This document shows, piece by piece, positions 1-14,100 of a DNA stretch of 64,000 nucleotides (its first letter is position 1; each line of letters starts with the position of its first letter). The DNA is from Nymphaea colorata (lineage: Eukaryota). Under the pieces are notes generated by a model. The model saw only the letters and a list, made by a program, of their open reading frames with translations, was not told the DNA's origin and searched no databases. The position numbers were made by a program, and so were the translations under genes. The stretch is taken from positions 15,872,001 through 15,936,000 of the forward strand of contig NC_045138.2 in NCBI RefSeq assembly GCF_008831285.2. The letters run 5' to 3'.

Positions 1-1639
1 ACAACGGCAACTGCGATGCAGGCCTCCATTGTCAGACGTGCGTGGCAGACGGTGCCCTGCTTCCCATATGCACACGCATCACCACCCTCAACCCCACCTC
101 CAAGGTACGGCGACATCACTCGTAAGAGCTCTTTATGCCTCGTTAATGGCCGCCTTCAAGGCGGGAAAGGCTGAGAGTTGTAATAGAGGTCCATCTTTTA
201 GTCTAATGGCGTCTCCTCGATCGCCGCCTTGCGTTGTTAATGTGTCAGCATCGTTGATTCCTTCCAATTTCGTTGCTTCTTCCGAGTAATACTGAGTGAC
301 TCTGAGTCGATGGCTGAAATATGTTAAGGTGGGAGGCCTTCCTTTCAACCGATACTCATGGCTGACCACGCACAACTCGTTCGCCATATTCGGGGAGAAG
401 TCGTGGACCGGAACGGTTAGGGTTTCCCCATTCAACCAGCAGGACTCCATCACCTCACAGCTCCAGGTGAGTGTTTCATATGCAACACCATCTTTTCTCT
501 TCTTCTCTGCTTCTTTTTCTTTTTCTGCTTCTTCCTGTTCGTCCGTATAAAGCATGAATCGGCCCTGAGATACTTGCATAGAGAACCGTGAGGCAGAAGA
601 TGGCAGAGCTGCAGACGTTCATAGCATGGCCTTTACTGCACTAGTCCTCGTTAAAATGACGAACTCGGAGGAGATCGTATCCGGCCGTAGGTGCCCATCA
701 CCTGAGCACCGTCCATCACATCCGTTGCTTAATAGTTCTGACCGTTGATCTTTTAGATGAAGGGCTTTTAATTAGAAAAACTAGGGATAATTGGTTGTGC
801 GTCTCTACGCCGGGGAAGTTTCCGGCGGACGGCAGTTTTTAATTCCGGTGATCCGGATGCTGTCATCGCGTATCTTCTCTCATCCTCGATCTCTATCCCC
901 TCTATCTCGAAACACTATTATTACATTTTTAGTTTCATTTAGATCTCCTTGAGATCATCTTATACGTGATAAAACAAGTATTTTATTTGAAAAAGTTACA
1001 GGCATATACCTTTTTTCTAAAAAAAATATTGAAAATCATTTATGCGGGTTAGGTATATTTTTATTTATCTATTTTATTTATTCCACTGCGCAGTTGAACC
1101 AACTTATGTTTCAAGTGCTAAAAGGTCTCGGCTTTTCGGTGCAGAGATGCAAACACCATGATGAAGAATGTAGCCTTTTAAAAAGGGAGGGCTCTTTTAA
1201 ATATTGTGTAAGGTAATGACAATAACTAAAGCCGATAGAAGCTTGGAAGTTAGTTCTTTAACTTTGGATGAGTAGAAAGAATATTTCATTGAACCGGCCA
1301 TTCACTAACTCAATTTTAAGAGAGAAAAAAAAAACCTTGTCAAGTCAAAATCTGTAGGCTGGACATTCAATAAAGATTCGCTGGAATAACTTGATCACCC
1401 ACATGGCCTAGCAACGACTCAATTATTTTGGTTGTGATATGGAATATATATATATATATATAACTGTGTTCTCGATAGTTGTCAAATTGTCGCTGCTGTA
1501 TAAACCTTGGTTAACGCGACTTTAGTGACTCTTTTTTTGATGCCCCGCATCATTGAACCGTTGTGTATGTGTAAGTACATGTAATTAAAAGTCCAAATAA
1601 TTGTTGATGTTATAGACAAAGGAAGTTGTCTCAATTATA

Positions 1640-1685
<46 letters not shown>

Positions 1686-2363
1686 ATTGTATTTTCAGCG
1701 GACACGTTCACCACTTATTTAAAATTTGCTTTTCAAAAGTACAAAAAGTAGGATTAGAAAATTTATGTAATTTTGGGGTGGGAGATGATTATAACCTATT
1801 GCTTGGAAAAGAGCCGAAGTCTCTCTTTCTAACCCTTGAAGCTAGATATTCATCCATGCCTAGTGTAGTGTAGAAACGGTGTCACATAATGATCATGATG
1901 AATTGATGGCAAATTTTGGACTCGTTTAGATCACCTATGTTATGTCCCTTAGCAAAAATGCTTTGAAATTACATATACATATAAAAGGAAGTGTTTGGAT
2001 AACCTTTTAAAATTAAAATGACTTGGTTTTCAAAAGGTATTAAATGACTTGGTCCCCCAGATAATTCATTTAAAAAATAAGTTTTGAGTGTGTTATCCAA
2101 ACACATAATTAATTTATAAAAAATAACTAAAAATTATTTTTTTATAAAACCAATATTTTCAAAACTGTTTTTTTTTTTTGAAAGGAAGGTGACATCCAAA
2201 CGGGCTCATTTTCTTATTGATATGAAAGGTATATTTATTTTAGATATGCAAATTGAAATCAGGTCACCATCCCATCCCACTCATTTTGAGTTGTTAGTAT
2301 ATTCAAAATAATATATTGACAACTGAGATAGTGGCTCTTATAACTAATTAGGCCAACCCTTTT

Positions 2364-2429
<66 letters not shown>

Positions 2430-5400
2430 GCAAAGTCTTCATTGAGGTGGCACACTTGTATTCTTTACTATCAATGACATCATGAGTGGACAGCTCTACT
2501 CAGCTGGGCAACTCACAAATGGACACATTTTAAAGTTTTTTTTTTTTTTTTTCAGTAAGTTAAGTGTAGTTACTTTGTCGAGTGGAGAATCATATACAAG
2601 TATTTATTTGCAAGTCATTTTTTTTTTCACGAGGATATTATTCAATGCAAGTTGCTCGAGTGATTCGCATTATATATATCAAGTGATTTTTCAAAACGGT
2701 TTATGATAATTGTTATGCTGTCATATGCCGGATATTGTAGGATTATTAAAAATACGTCACAAAAAAAGTCATAGCAATAGTTTATAACGTTTTTGTGCAA
2801 TGATTAATAATGTTTTTACTTTAGGATTCTCTTAATTATTGTTCTGACTTTAGAAAATAATTTTGTTTGCAACATTGTGTAAGTCATCAATCAAGTTCGT
2901 TATTTAACTCATAATTGGTATTTGCCATGTTTAGTACTTAATTCAAATGTTATCTACAAATGAAAATGTAAGTCTAAGTTCCATTAAGTAGCTTTTCCCT
3001 AATAAAACTATCGTAATTATCAGTTAAACAGGAAGAAATATTTAATATTGTTTTTTTATTTCCATTATCATATCAATTTTTTCATGCAATAAAGGCTAGT
3101 TGAGGAACATGGTGCTCCAAAAGATTATTGTGTTAGGTAGATGTTAGAAAAATGGGCACCACTTTGAGATTTATGAGCATGCACAGCCAAGGTCCTGAAA
3201 TTACCCGCATATTCTAAAGATATCAGTAAATGTTAACCATACGATTCTGTCAAATCACATTTTTAAATGGATCCAAAGTTTCCGCCACCGATATTGGTGA
3301 AATCCGGAACATCAATGATTTGAATCATAGTATATGAAACCGGTTGATAGTAGGAACGCCCACAGAAAATCTGGCCCTCAGGCTCAGGTTAAATCTTAGT
3401 TACCAGTAAATGGTGAAAATCAAAAGTCCGGAAGCAAGACGCCATTGCCTTTGTCTGCAGGAGAGATGAGTTCTGCAGAACTACCAACCACTGTAAAACT
3501 TCTTTCTAAGTAATAAAAAGTTGTTTATGGAACGTGGCAGCAACATGGTCGGATTACAACTTGTGTTTTTTTTCCGATTGATTCTTCAATTATTTCAGGC
3601 CAGAAAGTTTCGGCCTCTCGCCGATTACTAACACGCTTTGGTGATTGCAGAATGGTGTTAGAGGTCTTATGCTGGACATGTATGACTTCAGGAACGACGT
3701 TTGGCTCTGCCATTCTTTTGGCGGCAACTGCTTCAATTTCACCGCATACGTATGTCCCCTACTTTATTTATGGTTCATGCACAAGCAACAAAAACATATC
3801 TTTTCTCCCTCGAATTTGGTTGTTTTTGTTGGGTTTTAACTCTGTATTGGTCAACAGCAACCTGCCATTTACGCACTTAAGGAGATTCAAGCATTTCTCG
3901 AGTCGAATCCGGCAGAAATCATCACTATATTTATAGAGGACTATGTCACCTTGCCCAAGGGCCTCACTAAGGTCTTCACAGATGCTGGTCTCATGAAGTA
4001 CTGGTTTCCAGTGTCTAGAATGCCAAAGAATGGTGGTGACTGGCCTACTGTCACTGACATGGTGCAGAGCAACCAGAGGTTGCTGGTTTTCACTTCGAAA
4101 TCTTCAAAGGAGGCGTCTGAGGGAATAGCATATGAGTGGAGATACGTAGTTGAGAACCAATGTAAGACAATATACGCAATTTGCATTCATGAGCATGTAG
4201 TATAATATGCATTTCCTAGGTACTTCTTGGGGACATTAAGGGATCATAAGTTATAGGTATCTGATATGAATCTGACTCTGCTCGGTCGGATCTTGCACAG
4301 AAGATGGTTAATCAATCAAAAGCTGATTCAGTTCAGACTTCCCCAAGAAGTTGGTGGATATGCATTTCCAAGTCTGTGAAAATTCAAGTCCCCAGGTTCA
4401 GCACTGCACTTTCTACTTCTGAATCTGAACTCTGAGTCCAATTAGCTAATACCCAGCTAGTCAGATGCATCTACTTTGGATCTGACTACATTATTTGCAG
4501 TCTCTAGATTTATTGTTCTGAGAAATCTGAAACTCCATTTTGAGACTCTCATCACATTTGACATTTTTTCACTGCTCTAGGATTCTGCGCCTGTGCTACA
4601 TGTTCATGCATAGCCTTACTCCATCTGATTTGACTTGGCCTTTCTTACTCTCTCTTTTCTTCGTTGAATCCAGATGGCGATGGTGGGATGAAGGCAGGTT
4701 CTTGCCCAAACAGAGCAGAGTCCTCACCTATGAACACACCAACAAGATCTCTTGTGTTGCAGAACTACTTTCCTGACAATCCCAACTTTCCTGCAGCTTG
4801 CAAAGACAATTCAGCTAAACTACTTGACATGATGAATACCTGTTATGAGGCTGCCAATAAGCGGTGGCCTAATTTTATTGCTGTTGATTATTACAAGGTG
4901 AAAGCCCCTGAATCCCATTAAAATCATTCAAGTTAAATGTCAGCCTATCGTCTCTCTTACTCAAATTTTTTGGTTCGTGACACTGCCTGCAGAGAAGTGA
5001 TGGAGGTGGAGCTCCATATGCTATAGATGTTGCAAATGGGCATCTGGTTTGTGGTTGTGGAGATATCAATTACTGCAAGGTACATCTTTCTCATAAAGTT
5101 TACCCTTGTTAAATCATCAACTTAAGGGTTGGATTAATTTTACATGGAGTTTAATTAGCTATTGCTGTTACTGTCAACACACATCTGTATTTTGTCGATT
5201 TAGATCCTCTTATTGTAGATAGTAATGGTGGGAGTGGTTAGATTGATAGAATCAGAACTCAGAGTGTTGATTTTTCTTTTCTCATAAATGTGTCTCGGCA
5301 GCCAAACATGACTTTCGGTGTCTGCCGTTCTTGGGGAGCTGCAGAAGGACCCTCTCAAGCCGTCAGTGAAGCTTCACCCTCTTTAAGGGGCAGAATGCCC

Positions 5401-5463
5401 CTGCAGTTGTTGTCTCTGTTTCTTAAACTGCAATGTTTGATGTCAGTGATGTACATTATGTAA
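1..5463 (+). CDS. PI-PLC X domain-containing protein (At5g67130-like PLC-like phosphodiesterase), 5'-truncated by window edge; probably GPI-anchored
   Basis: GT-AG exons joined in frame: <1..104 ([27 protein letters not shown]), 329..466 ([29 protein letters not shown]), 3651..3749 ([21 protein letters not shown]), 3858..4161 ([19 protein letters not shown]), 4674..4897 (..[12 protein letters not shown]), 4993..5079, 5302..5463 (hydrophobic tail, TAA). [12 protein letters not shown] and WLCH are typical of this family. Intron 2 is ~3.2 kb. Confidence 0.93.
1987..2207. mobile_element. Tourist-like MITE remnant in intron 2 of the PI-PLC X gene
   Basis: Ends GTGTTTGGAT / ATCCAAACGGGC around an AT-rich core with an internal ATCCAAACAC. 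Confidence 0.55.
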
Positions 5464-5596
5464 GCAGTATCTTGTCTTTAATCTCTCTCTCTCTCTCTCA
5501 TATGGTAATTCGTTTATAAGGAAAAGCACTTGTGTGTGTTTTCAAGTATTATTGGCTTCTGGTAGGCCAGCCTCGCCCGATGCATAACCTTATGTA

Positions 5597-5780
5597 CAGG
5601 AGTGAAGCCAGAAATTTTTCATAAGGGGGTCAAATTAAAGTTTTTAAATTTTGACCTGGGTCAAAATATTTTTTTTTAAAATTTTTACATAAAGCAAGTG
5701 AAATTTTTAAAAATGTACATGTAATTTTTTTAATTTCTTTTGTGGGGCCAGAGCTCTTGCAGGCCCTGGCTCTGCCTTTG
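5597..5780 (+). mobile_element. Non-autonomous hAT-like MITE
   Basis: Imperfect TIRs CAGGAGTGAAGCCA / TGGCTCTGCCTTTG with AT-rich core; a related copy lies inverted at 58613..58820. No clean TSD. Confidence 0.7.
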
Positions 5781-7484
5781 TTTTTGTGATGTTAAATCAA
5801 ATATTTAAATTATAATTGATAAGATTATGCAGCTCTTCAAGCGTGTCTTTTTTTTTTTTTTACTAAATAATCCAAGATAGTGGGAGACCCCAAAAACCCA
5901 AATCGTCCAAAATGGTAGAAGACTCCAAAAACATCAATTTAAGAAAAATTTATATGTACGTATGTGGTGGTCTTGCTCTTCCAGCCACCTGGCCTGCCAT
6001 ATAGAAACTATATAATTAAGAAAATCACAAAATCCAATGGAACAAACTGCACTTTATGGTATATAATTTAATGGTCTTAAACTTGTTGATTCCCATGCAA
6101 CTCTGGATTTCATTAACAAGGTTTCAAAAATTCAATGCACATATAAACATTCTAAGTTATATCTCCTAATTTCCTTTTTGTAGTTCTCAGTTTTTAGATG
6201 TTGAGTGTTTCATTTTAAATGTTGTTATATGGCTAAAGCACTACAAACTGCTGTTAAGGCACATCAAATTGTTGTTCCACCATAAACCATCATTAATCCA
6301 GCAACATCAACATTCAATAGATTTGAATTATATATATATACACACACATACGCCAATTATCTTAATAGCTAAATGATTATGTTTTTATTTTGTGTCACTA
6401 AAAAACATTACAAAATGTGTATTTGCAACAGTTAATTGTTTGGCCACGGTTTTTAGCGATATGATGCATTTTCTGTGATGATTTTTAATGACACAAAATA
6501 ATCTTTTGACCAATATAAATTGAAATCAGCCACTAAATGACAGAACATTTAAAGAAGTATGGATAAATTAAAACATATTGATTGAACGAAAGTACTTAAC
6601 AGTGGGTTATGGTACAGCAATGGTTTTATGATGTTTTTAAATAATATTTTACATTGCATTTAGCTATAACTTTTAAATATTTAGCCATTCGACAATATTT
6701 GGTAGTTGGGAGGGTCTCATTTTTTCCTTAAACCTTTGTGTCTTTCTAAAAAAAAAAATGTAAATGAGTGAGAGTAAAAGAAAATGCTACTTATGGTGGA
6801 TCTGACGGATCATAACGGAAGCAAAATTACATGAATATATACTTTCCATTCTTGCTTTTACTCCGTGTTATTTGTTTTTGGAATGCTTCAACTATTTGAT
6901 GTCATACTTTAAACTTTTGTTTTTAATGTGTAGCATCAGATTCAAACATTTTACTGTCGCAGATGAAATGCCGTAACACTTAAGTCACTTTTGAACATTG
7001 GAAATAATTTAACAAAATTACACCAGAAAAGAAAAAAAAAGTGCATCAGCCATGTACAATGCCGAAGGCCGGAGAAACTGCTCAGTTTTCTTCATTAATA
7101 TTTAAGAAATAAGGAAAACCAATATCAACAAACTTAAAAAGTCTGAAAATAAGAAAAACATTAAAGCTAGTGTTAGCCTGTCTCCTGGTTTCGGTGAAAA
7201 GCCACATCACAAGTTTGGGTTGACCCATGCTTTCAACAAAAGGGATCGCAGAATGAAGAAGAAATTTCGTAGTAAATAGGAAAATATTTTTCCAGAAAAA
7301 AAAATGTCGGACCCTTTTATGGCTTCCGTTTTTTACTGTCAGACCTTTTTTTTTACTGACTTCGATTTTAGTTAACAGGGACAAGCGAAAATTTACCCAC
7401 TTAGAACACTATTTCAATTTTTTTTCAAGGTTATCAAACACTTCCTTACACTTCTAACAAGTTTATTTCTGAGTTTTTCCAAGT

Positions 7485-7532
<48 letters not shown>

Positions 7533-8172
7533 GGAGTCAGACTACTGACTCCTTTGGGAAAAAGAAACAAAAGAAGATCATTTATTGCTCAAAGGCTCAT
7601 TGTTTAAGAGTGTGAGATTCGTCCTTCTCCAGCTTCGAGGGAATTGATGCTTCTTACTAAAATCATCTTCTCAAGTGGCTGCACATATAATAAAATGATT
7701 CTCGCATGCTTGTTTGTCAGAGACCTTCTAAGGCATAAGATTGGTCTCCACCTCATGAAGAACAGGAATCACATGGTTCATAAATTGACTTGAATTCAAG
7801 GGTAAAGTTTAGTCAAATTTATTCAAACTGGGCCATTCAAAGTTTCAGGGTCCATTTATGATAATGTATTTTAATTTTGGGGCAGTCAAAGATCATAATT
7901 GCAATTAGTTTCTGATTACGAATAAATTAACCTTATGCAGAATATAAAAAAAAATAATAATCTAAACTTTTTAATCCGAATTGAGTTGATTAGGAAATCT
8001 GGACCACAATTCCTGGATTTGCATAGTCTGAACCACAAATTAACATGGAGAAGGCATACATGCTGTTTGGCATCTTTGGCCGGATAAAGTAGGCTCGTCC
8101 GCCCCGGCTCGTGCTTGCACAATGGCTCAACCCGGCTGATCCATGGAATGTGAAATATTTTCAATTTCCTTG

Positions 8173-8205
<33 letters not shown>

Positions 8206-11022
8206 ACAGAATGTGTGTTTGGCTTGTGAAAAATAAGTTAGAAATCAAATTCCATCTTTTGGAGACGTTTCTGGAAATAAAACTAGCTGGAGTATGTGCT
8301 AGGCTCGAGATCTGGTTCTTCTTTGTAACAATATCGATTTCTGAATTGAGTTGGAAAGCCAAATATTTCATTTATTCAGATGACTCATTTATTCAGATGA
8401 ATTAAATTGGTATCTTTTTTGAAGCGGATTAGGTTTTTTTTTTTAGGTCTATGGAAGAAACGAAAAAGCAAAAAGATAATCAAAATATATAAAGTGAAAT
8501 TAAAATTATGAAAATATTAAACTTGACCACTGATTGCCATTTTGAGTGAGTGGGGGAAACTCACTGTTCGGCTGACGGCCGAAGCTCCCATTGAACTCGT
8601 TGTCTCCCTAGAATATAGGGCATCGTTTAGGTGCCTGGAGGTGCCACCTTCACCGCACTTCAACTTGCATGTCAGTGGTCCTTTTTTTTTTTGTAGTATA
8701 AGGAGCAAATCTCTAGGATTTGAAATAAAAACTGATCATCTACAAAGACTTGATTGTGCTTTTAATGGCGTAAGACTCTGTAAGTAGTTTATAACTTGAT
8801 TTGAACTTAAACTACTTTCTTATAATTGAAGCTCATTTGTCGCTTCAACCCCATAAGATCATCTTAATCTAAACTACTTCAGTTTATCTAATCAATGTTA
8901 TCTACATTAAACGCATCAGCATGCTTTCGATGAGTATAAACAGCTGAATCAGCCTAAAGGATCCAACTAATCTTGCATCTATCGTTCAATAAAAAGAAAC
9001 AAATTTTGTAATACTTTGACTAAAAGAACGTACCAATTCAAACGGCTCGATTTTTTTTTTTTTGGCATCTTTTTGTTGATCAATCTCCTGCACATGACTT
9101 ACGGCTCCTTTTTCCTCTTTTGGTTTAATTTGGCCAAGCTGAGATTAGACAAAAACCACACGCATTCATGCTAAGATACACATCCAAACGATCAAACTTT
9201 TGACTTCCTTCAACTTCAAATTTTCTAAAGCAGATTTTAGTGAATCTGAATTTGGTGGCAGTACATGATGTGGAGCTCCATGCCCTCACAGAATGGGAAT
9301 AATTTGCACCACGATGTGAGAGTGTAGCAAGTACTGGGGCCATTCATGGACACAAGGCCTTCTCAAGAAGGCTTGCTTAAAATGCTGGGATTCATTATTG
9401 AATGAATTGGGCACAGCATTATTGCAAGTTATGTGTTTTTGTTTTTTTCTCTTTCTGACAGACTATATATTCACACTGTTTCTGTCTGCAAATTAAGAAC
9501 TTCTATTCTTTTTTTGTTATAGCTTTATCTCACTTGGAACATTATACAGAGCGAACAGATGTGCACGACTCATACTTTTCATGTGCATCCGACAAGAGGC
9601 CTAGCTATCAGACCCAAGCCTGCTTGCAGAAAAAAAGGAAAACTTCTTTGGAAGCCACGCTCTGTGTAGAGATTTGACTAGTTTGAACACTATCCCATTA
9701 CCAATCTGGATTTTTTAAAATCCATTTGCTTGAATCTGATAAAGAAACCTGAGTTTGGTTGTTAATCAGATTCATATTTGGTATGCAGTTCCATGACTAA
9801 GGCTGAAGCTGAGTTATATATCTGATTATAGATAGATGTCAAATTTAATGTTAGTCTGATCTGTGTTCAGTTTTAAATCGACTTTGGTAAAGAACCTTCT
9901 ACATCTTTTTTGTGATATTTTGCTTCAACAGTGATGCGTTGATTTGATACAGGCGAATTTGTGAAGGTACTAAGCTGATGGCACAACACATGCTTCTTTT
10001 ACTTGGATGATAGATATTGCCAGTCTATGCCATGAAACTAGCCAACGTTCAACTCTTGTTGAACCAACCTCTGTCATGGGTTCGAAAATTCACGACCAGA
10101 TCTTTGGTTGGGATGTCTGTTCTTCGATACCCAAAAAGACTTCAGAGCATATTTTGCTATATTCACGACCGAGCTTTTAGACAAAGAAATGCATTTCATA
10201 ATTTTTTATTACGAAGTGCAATTTTTATGGTTGAGACTCGAGTGGCCTGGGAAATTTCTGTTGAAAGATGTGATTTCTCGACCCGTGAATCCGTGACTAC
10301 AAGAAATGTGAAGGAGAGTTTTCGGAACAAGTTAGGCCTGCCAGTGTGCAGCTGAAGAAAGCAACCTTTGGTCCTTTAGCCTCTCCCGAGATTGTATCCG
10401 ACTCTTTCGCCCTCTGAAATTTTACCGAATGCAACTTGCAGAGAACATCGATGGTCTCTTCTCGTGATACGAAGCTGCAGATTCATGGACATTTTATCAC
10501 ATTTGCTATCCTTGGGACTTGAGTCGGCAGAGAGAGAGTGAGAGACTGGTTCACTGCCTTGGTGATCGATCGTCGGTGTACGAAGGGGGAGAGAGGGTCC
10601 GGACTACGAGTCAGAGCGAGGGCAGAGTCACCCATGTGGTGGGACACACTGTCCACGGCCACAGGATTTAATAATGTCTCAGCTGTGGCCCAGGCCCCCC
10701 ACCATTTTGCATTTGCTCTCGTCTCTCTCTCTGCAGTGAAGACTGTGGGTGCTTCTTTGCAGGTTTGAAAAGCGAGCTACTCTAAAAACAGGGTGTTCTG
10801 AGAGTCCCAGAAGAAAAAAGAGAAAAAAAAAGGGAAAGGAAGAGGAAGCTTGAGCACTCAAAGCCCTTGAGGAATACGCTTTTCATCACACGCACATTTT
10901 ACTAGAGCAAACAAATACACCAAAGTCCTTGGTATCTCGGTATCTCCCTTTGGTGGTCTCGTGCTGCTGCCCTCAGCCTCCATCTCGCTCTTGTCCCCTG
11001 AAACTGAAGAGAAGAAGCGGCA

Positions 11023-11024
<2 letters not shown>

Positions 11025-11118
<94 letters not shown>
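11025..11118. repeat. Compound microsatellite (CT)n(CA)n(GA)n abutting the RLK start codon
   Basis: Directly visible; GA run ends at ..GAGAGT-ATG. Confidence 0.95.
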
Positions 11119-11119
<1 letters not shown>

Positions 11120-11121
<2 letters not shown>

Positions 11122-14100
11122 GGCAGTGCTGCTATCTGGAGCCAGAATGATGGTCGGTTTTGTTGCTCTCTTTTGGCAAATGCAGCTGATAATGGCAGGT
11201 TGGTGATTTCATGTGCTTCGTTGAGGAATCAAAAGCTCCCATTTAGTCCATGCTTGTCTGGCAACTCTTGCTTCTTCATTTACTATGGCACTTTCCTTTT
11301 TCCAAGCTTCTACTGTGCTTATGTAGGACGACAACCATTTGTTTTTCAGACCCTCAAAAATGGTAATGGTTATGGTTTTGTTCTTGCACATTTATTGGGC
11401 TTCTTTGAACTGCTTTTCCTTGGATAGAAAAGCCCTGCATCAAAAGCATTGTTGGTTTTAATTTCTAGTTGTTCATTTGATATTGCTGTTCTGAAATTTT
11501 CGTACCTCTGGACACATGTAAATTAGCGTTTTTGCTTATGCACACTGAGTACAAGCATCGCTCTTGGGAATATTTTCCTCTTCCACGGACATGGTTTACA
11601 ACTCTGGGCGGAACCAACTCTGATTCACAGATTGCCAAGAAAGCGGTATTCTTTTGGATGAATAGCAATATGCTTGCTTATGCCAAGTATTCAAGCACTT
11701 GAATGATTATCGTAAAAACTTCTTCTTCATATCAAAGTTTCTGGTAGAATATCGTGTATCAGTCCAATCCCTCATTGGGCTCCCTTTTGTTGTCTAAATG
11801 CTGTATTTGAAACTAATGAGGTTGGTGATGCATGATTCAATGGTGAATTGATCCGTTGCTTTTAATCCTGCAGGTTGTCCTCTAGACTTGAGCGGCTCCA
11901 ACTTCCCAGAAGCAGCTTCCGCTTGTTCTGAACAAGACCGAGGGAACTGTTGTAGATATATGCATGCGTTTGTTGCTATTGCTGTAGCTCGATATGCGAA
12001 TGTAACTGGCAGATTAGGAGTCCCTTCAGACATGGTGGATGCCTGCCTTACTTCTGTTTCAGAAACACTAGAACTATACGGCATTCCATCCAATGCAACC
12101 AAATATTGCCAGCTGGGTGTGAAGATTCCTGTTGATTTTCGGTGTGATGGACGGATAACAGTTATGGAAATGCTTCTAGTACCAAAATTTGAGGATGTCA
12201 TTCGTAATTGCAATATCTCTCTTTCTAAAGAAGAAAATTGCAGAAGTTGCTTAAACGCCATCATTCCATATCTTCACAATCTTGTGGGAGCCGAAGGTAA
12301 TGCAATTTTGAGCACTTGCAGAGATGCAACATTTGCTACTCTTATAAGTCAGAGTGGAAATGTTTCATCTTTTGACATTGCAAGCTGCTTCTTTGGCGTT
12401 CGAAGACTTGGTACCCAGCCAGGTATATTCTGCTAGCTCTCTAGGTTATTCAGCATTTGCAAGATGGATGGCATTTCCACACATATCTATTTCAAAATCA
12501 CATGTATACGCACAAGACCTAATTGCCCCTCTTGCCATAAGCTTAATCTGCTTTTGGTTCGTGTCAGATGTATATTAGTTAGCATAATGGCATCATGTCA
12601 TCTGGTGATTGTTAGTTCTTGAAGTGGTTGTCAAGGTGATTTATCATCAACATATCATCTTAGTACAACTCTTATGATATATTCATATTTGTAATAACCG
12701 GTATTGAACCTCATGCATTTCAATCTGAGGCCTATATGTTCTAATTTCCAGTTTTAGGTCTCCATGGTTGTTTAGGTATCTGCTTTCCATTGAAAATTCT
12801 TCATGCAGCTAGGAAGCCCTCTGATGTTATAGAGGGGTTGCCTTATTGCCAAAATCAGAGAATTCGCCTAAGTCCAATTTTTTATATCAATAAGCTTCCT
12901 AATAGTGATCCTTGCTGGTGGCCCTGGACAGAGATAATTGAATGTAGACAGGGACATATGGTGGATGTTTCTGTGCCATGAAATACTACAAAATTGAAAG
13001 CTATACATGGATATAAAATAGAAATCAAACAATAAATTGCCAAGAAGTAGAACACAAACTAGAGACATGTCTTATCAAATTCACTCAAGCAGCTAGTATG
13101 ACCTATCCTTGCTTAAGTATCAGGATTACTGGAGGCACATATTTTTGTTGGCTATATTGGAGAACAAAACAATCAGTCTCACAACTTTGTGTGCAATGCC
13201 CTGCTATTCTATCTTTTTGGTGATTCAAGGCTGTAGGTGGAGATTATCTTTGTAACTGGATCCCTCAATCATTATCATTAACATTTGCACATTTCAACTT
13301 ACGGTAACAACTATGATTTTGGGACCTTTTGCTTAAGAGTTATCTCCGCGTCACTTCTAAAATTCACTGATGCTTTGCTTCTGGCATTTCAAGCAGCTAT
13401 CAAGAAAAAAAAATTCATGAAATCTAAATTATCATTCTATGGATTATATTCATGGGGAGTATGTTATGAGCTGATTGTCTCACGGTTTCAGTATCTGGGC
13501 CATCTCCGAAGCTGCTTACACCTCAGCCTTCTTCAAGTTCACCGGTAACTTCCCCTACTCCTAATCAGCAGCCAGCGCATTCTCTAAACAAGGAAGAGCA
13601 CCATCCATATCACCTCACATTAGTGCCACGCATTGGAATCGCTGTGACAGGGATGGCTTTTCTATTATTAGTCATCCTGATACTCCTTATACACAGAAAA
13701 GCCAGAGAACTTAAGGGATCTCCTACCACTGATACTGGATCATGGAAAGATTTTCATCGTCACTGGAAAATTCCTAAATGTCAGGAAGGTACTTTACTAT
13801 TTTGCTTTTCTACTTAGTTTATTGAAAACTTATTACAGAAACAACAGTTTAAAGGGTAGCAGTGATGCAGGTTCCTCTCCAGTTTTCCGCAGGTTCAGCT
13901 ACAAAGAGATGAAGAAGGCCACAAGCAATTTTAGTACCGTCATAGGGAAGGGGGGGTTTGGAACTGTTTATAAAGCTGAATTTGAGAATGGTTTCACTGC
14001 TGCTGTGAAAAGGATGAATAAAATTTCAGAGCAGGGAGAGGATGAATTTTGCAGAGAGATGGAACTTCTGGGCAGGCTTCATCATCGTCATCTTGTGGCT

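Noticed and set aside
133..579. 148-aa minus-strand ORF
   Set aside because: Antisense to a PI-PLC X exon and intronic pyrimidine tract; no motif.
6395..6540. CACTA-like terminal fragment
   Set aside because: Too degenerate; no matching opposite end or TSD.
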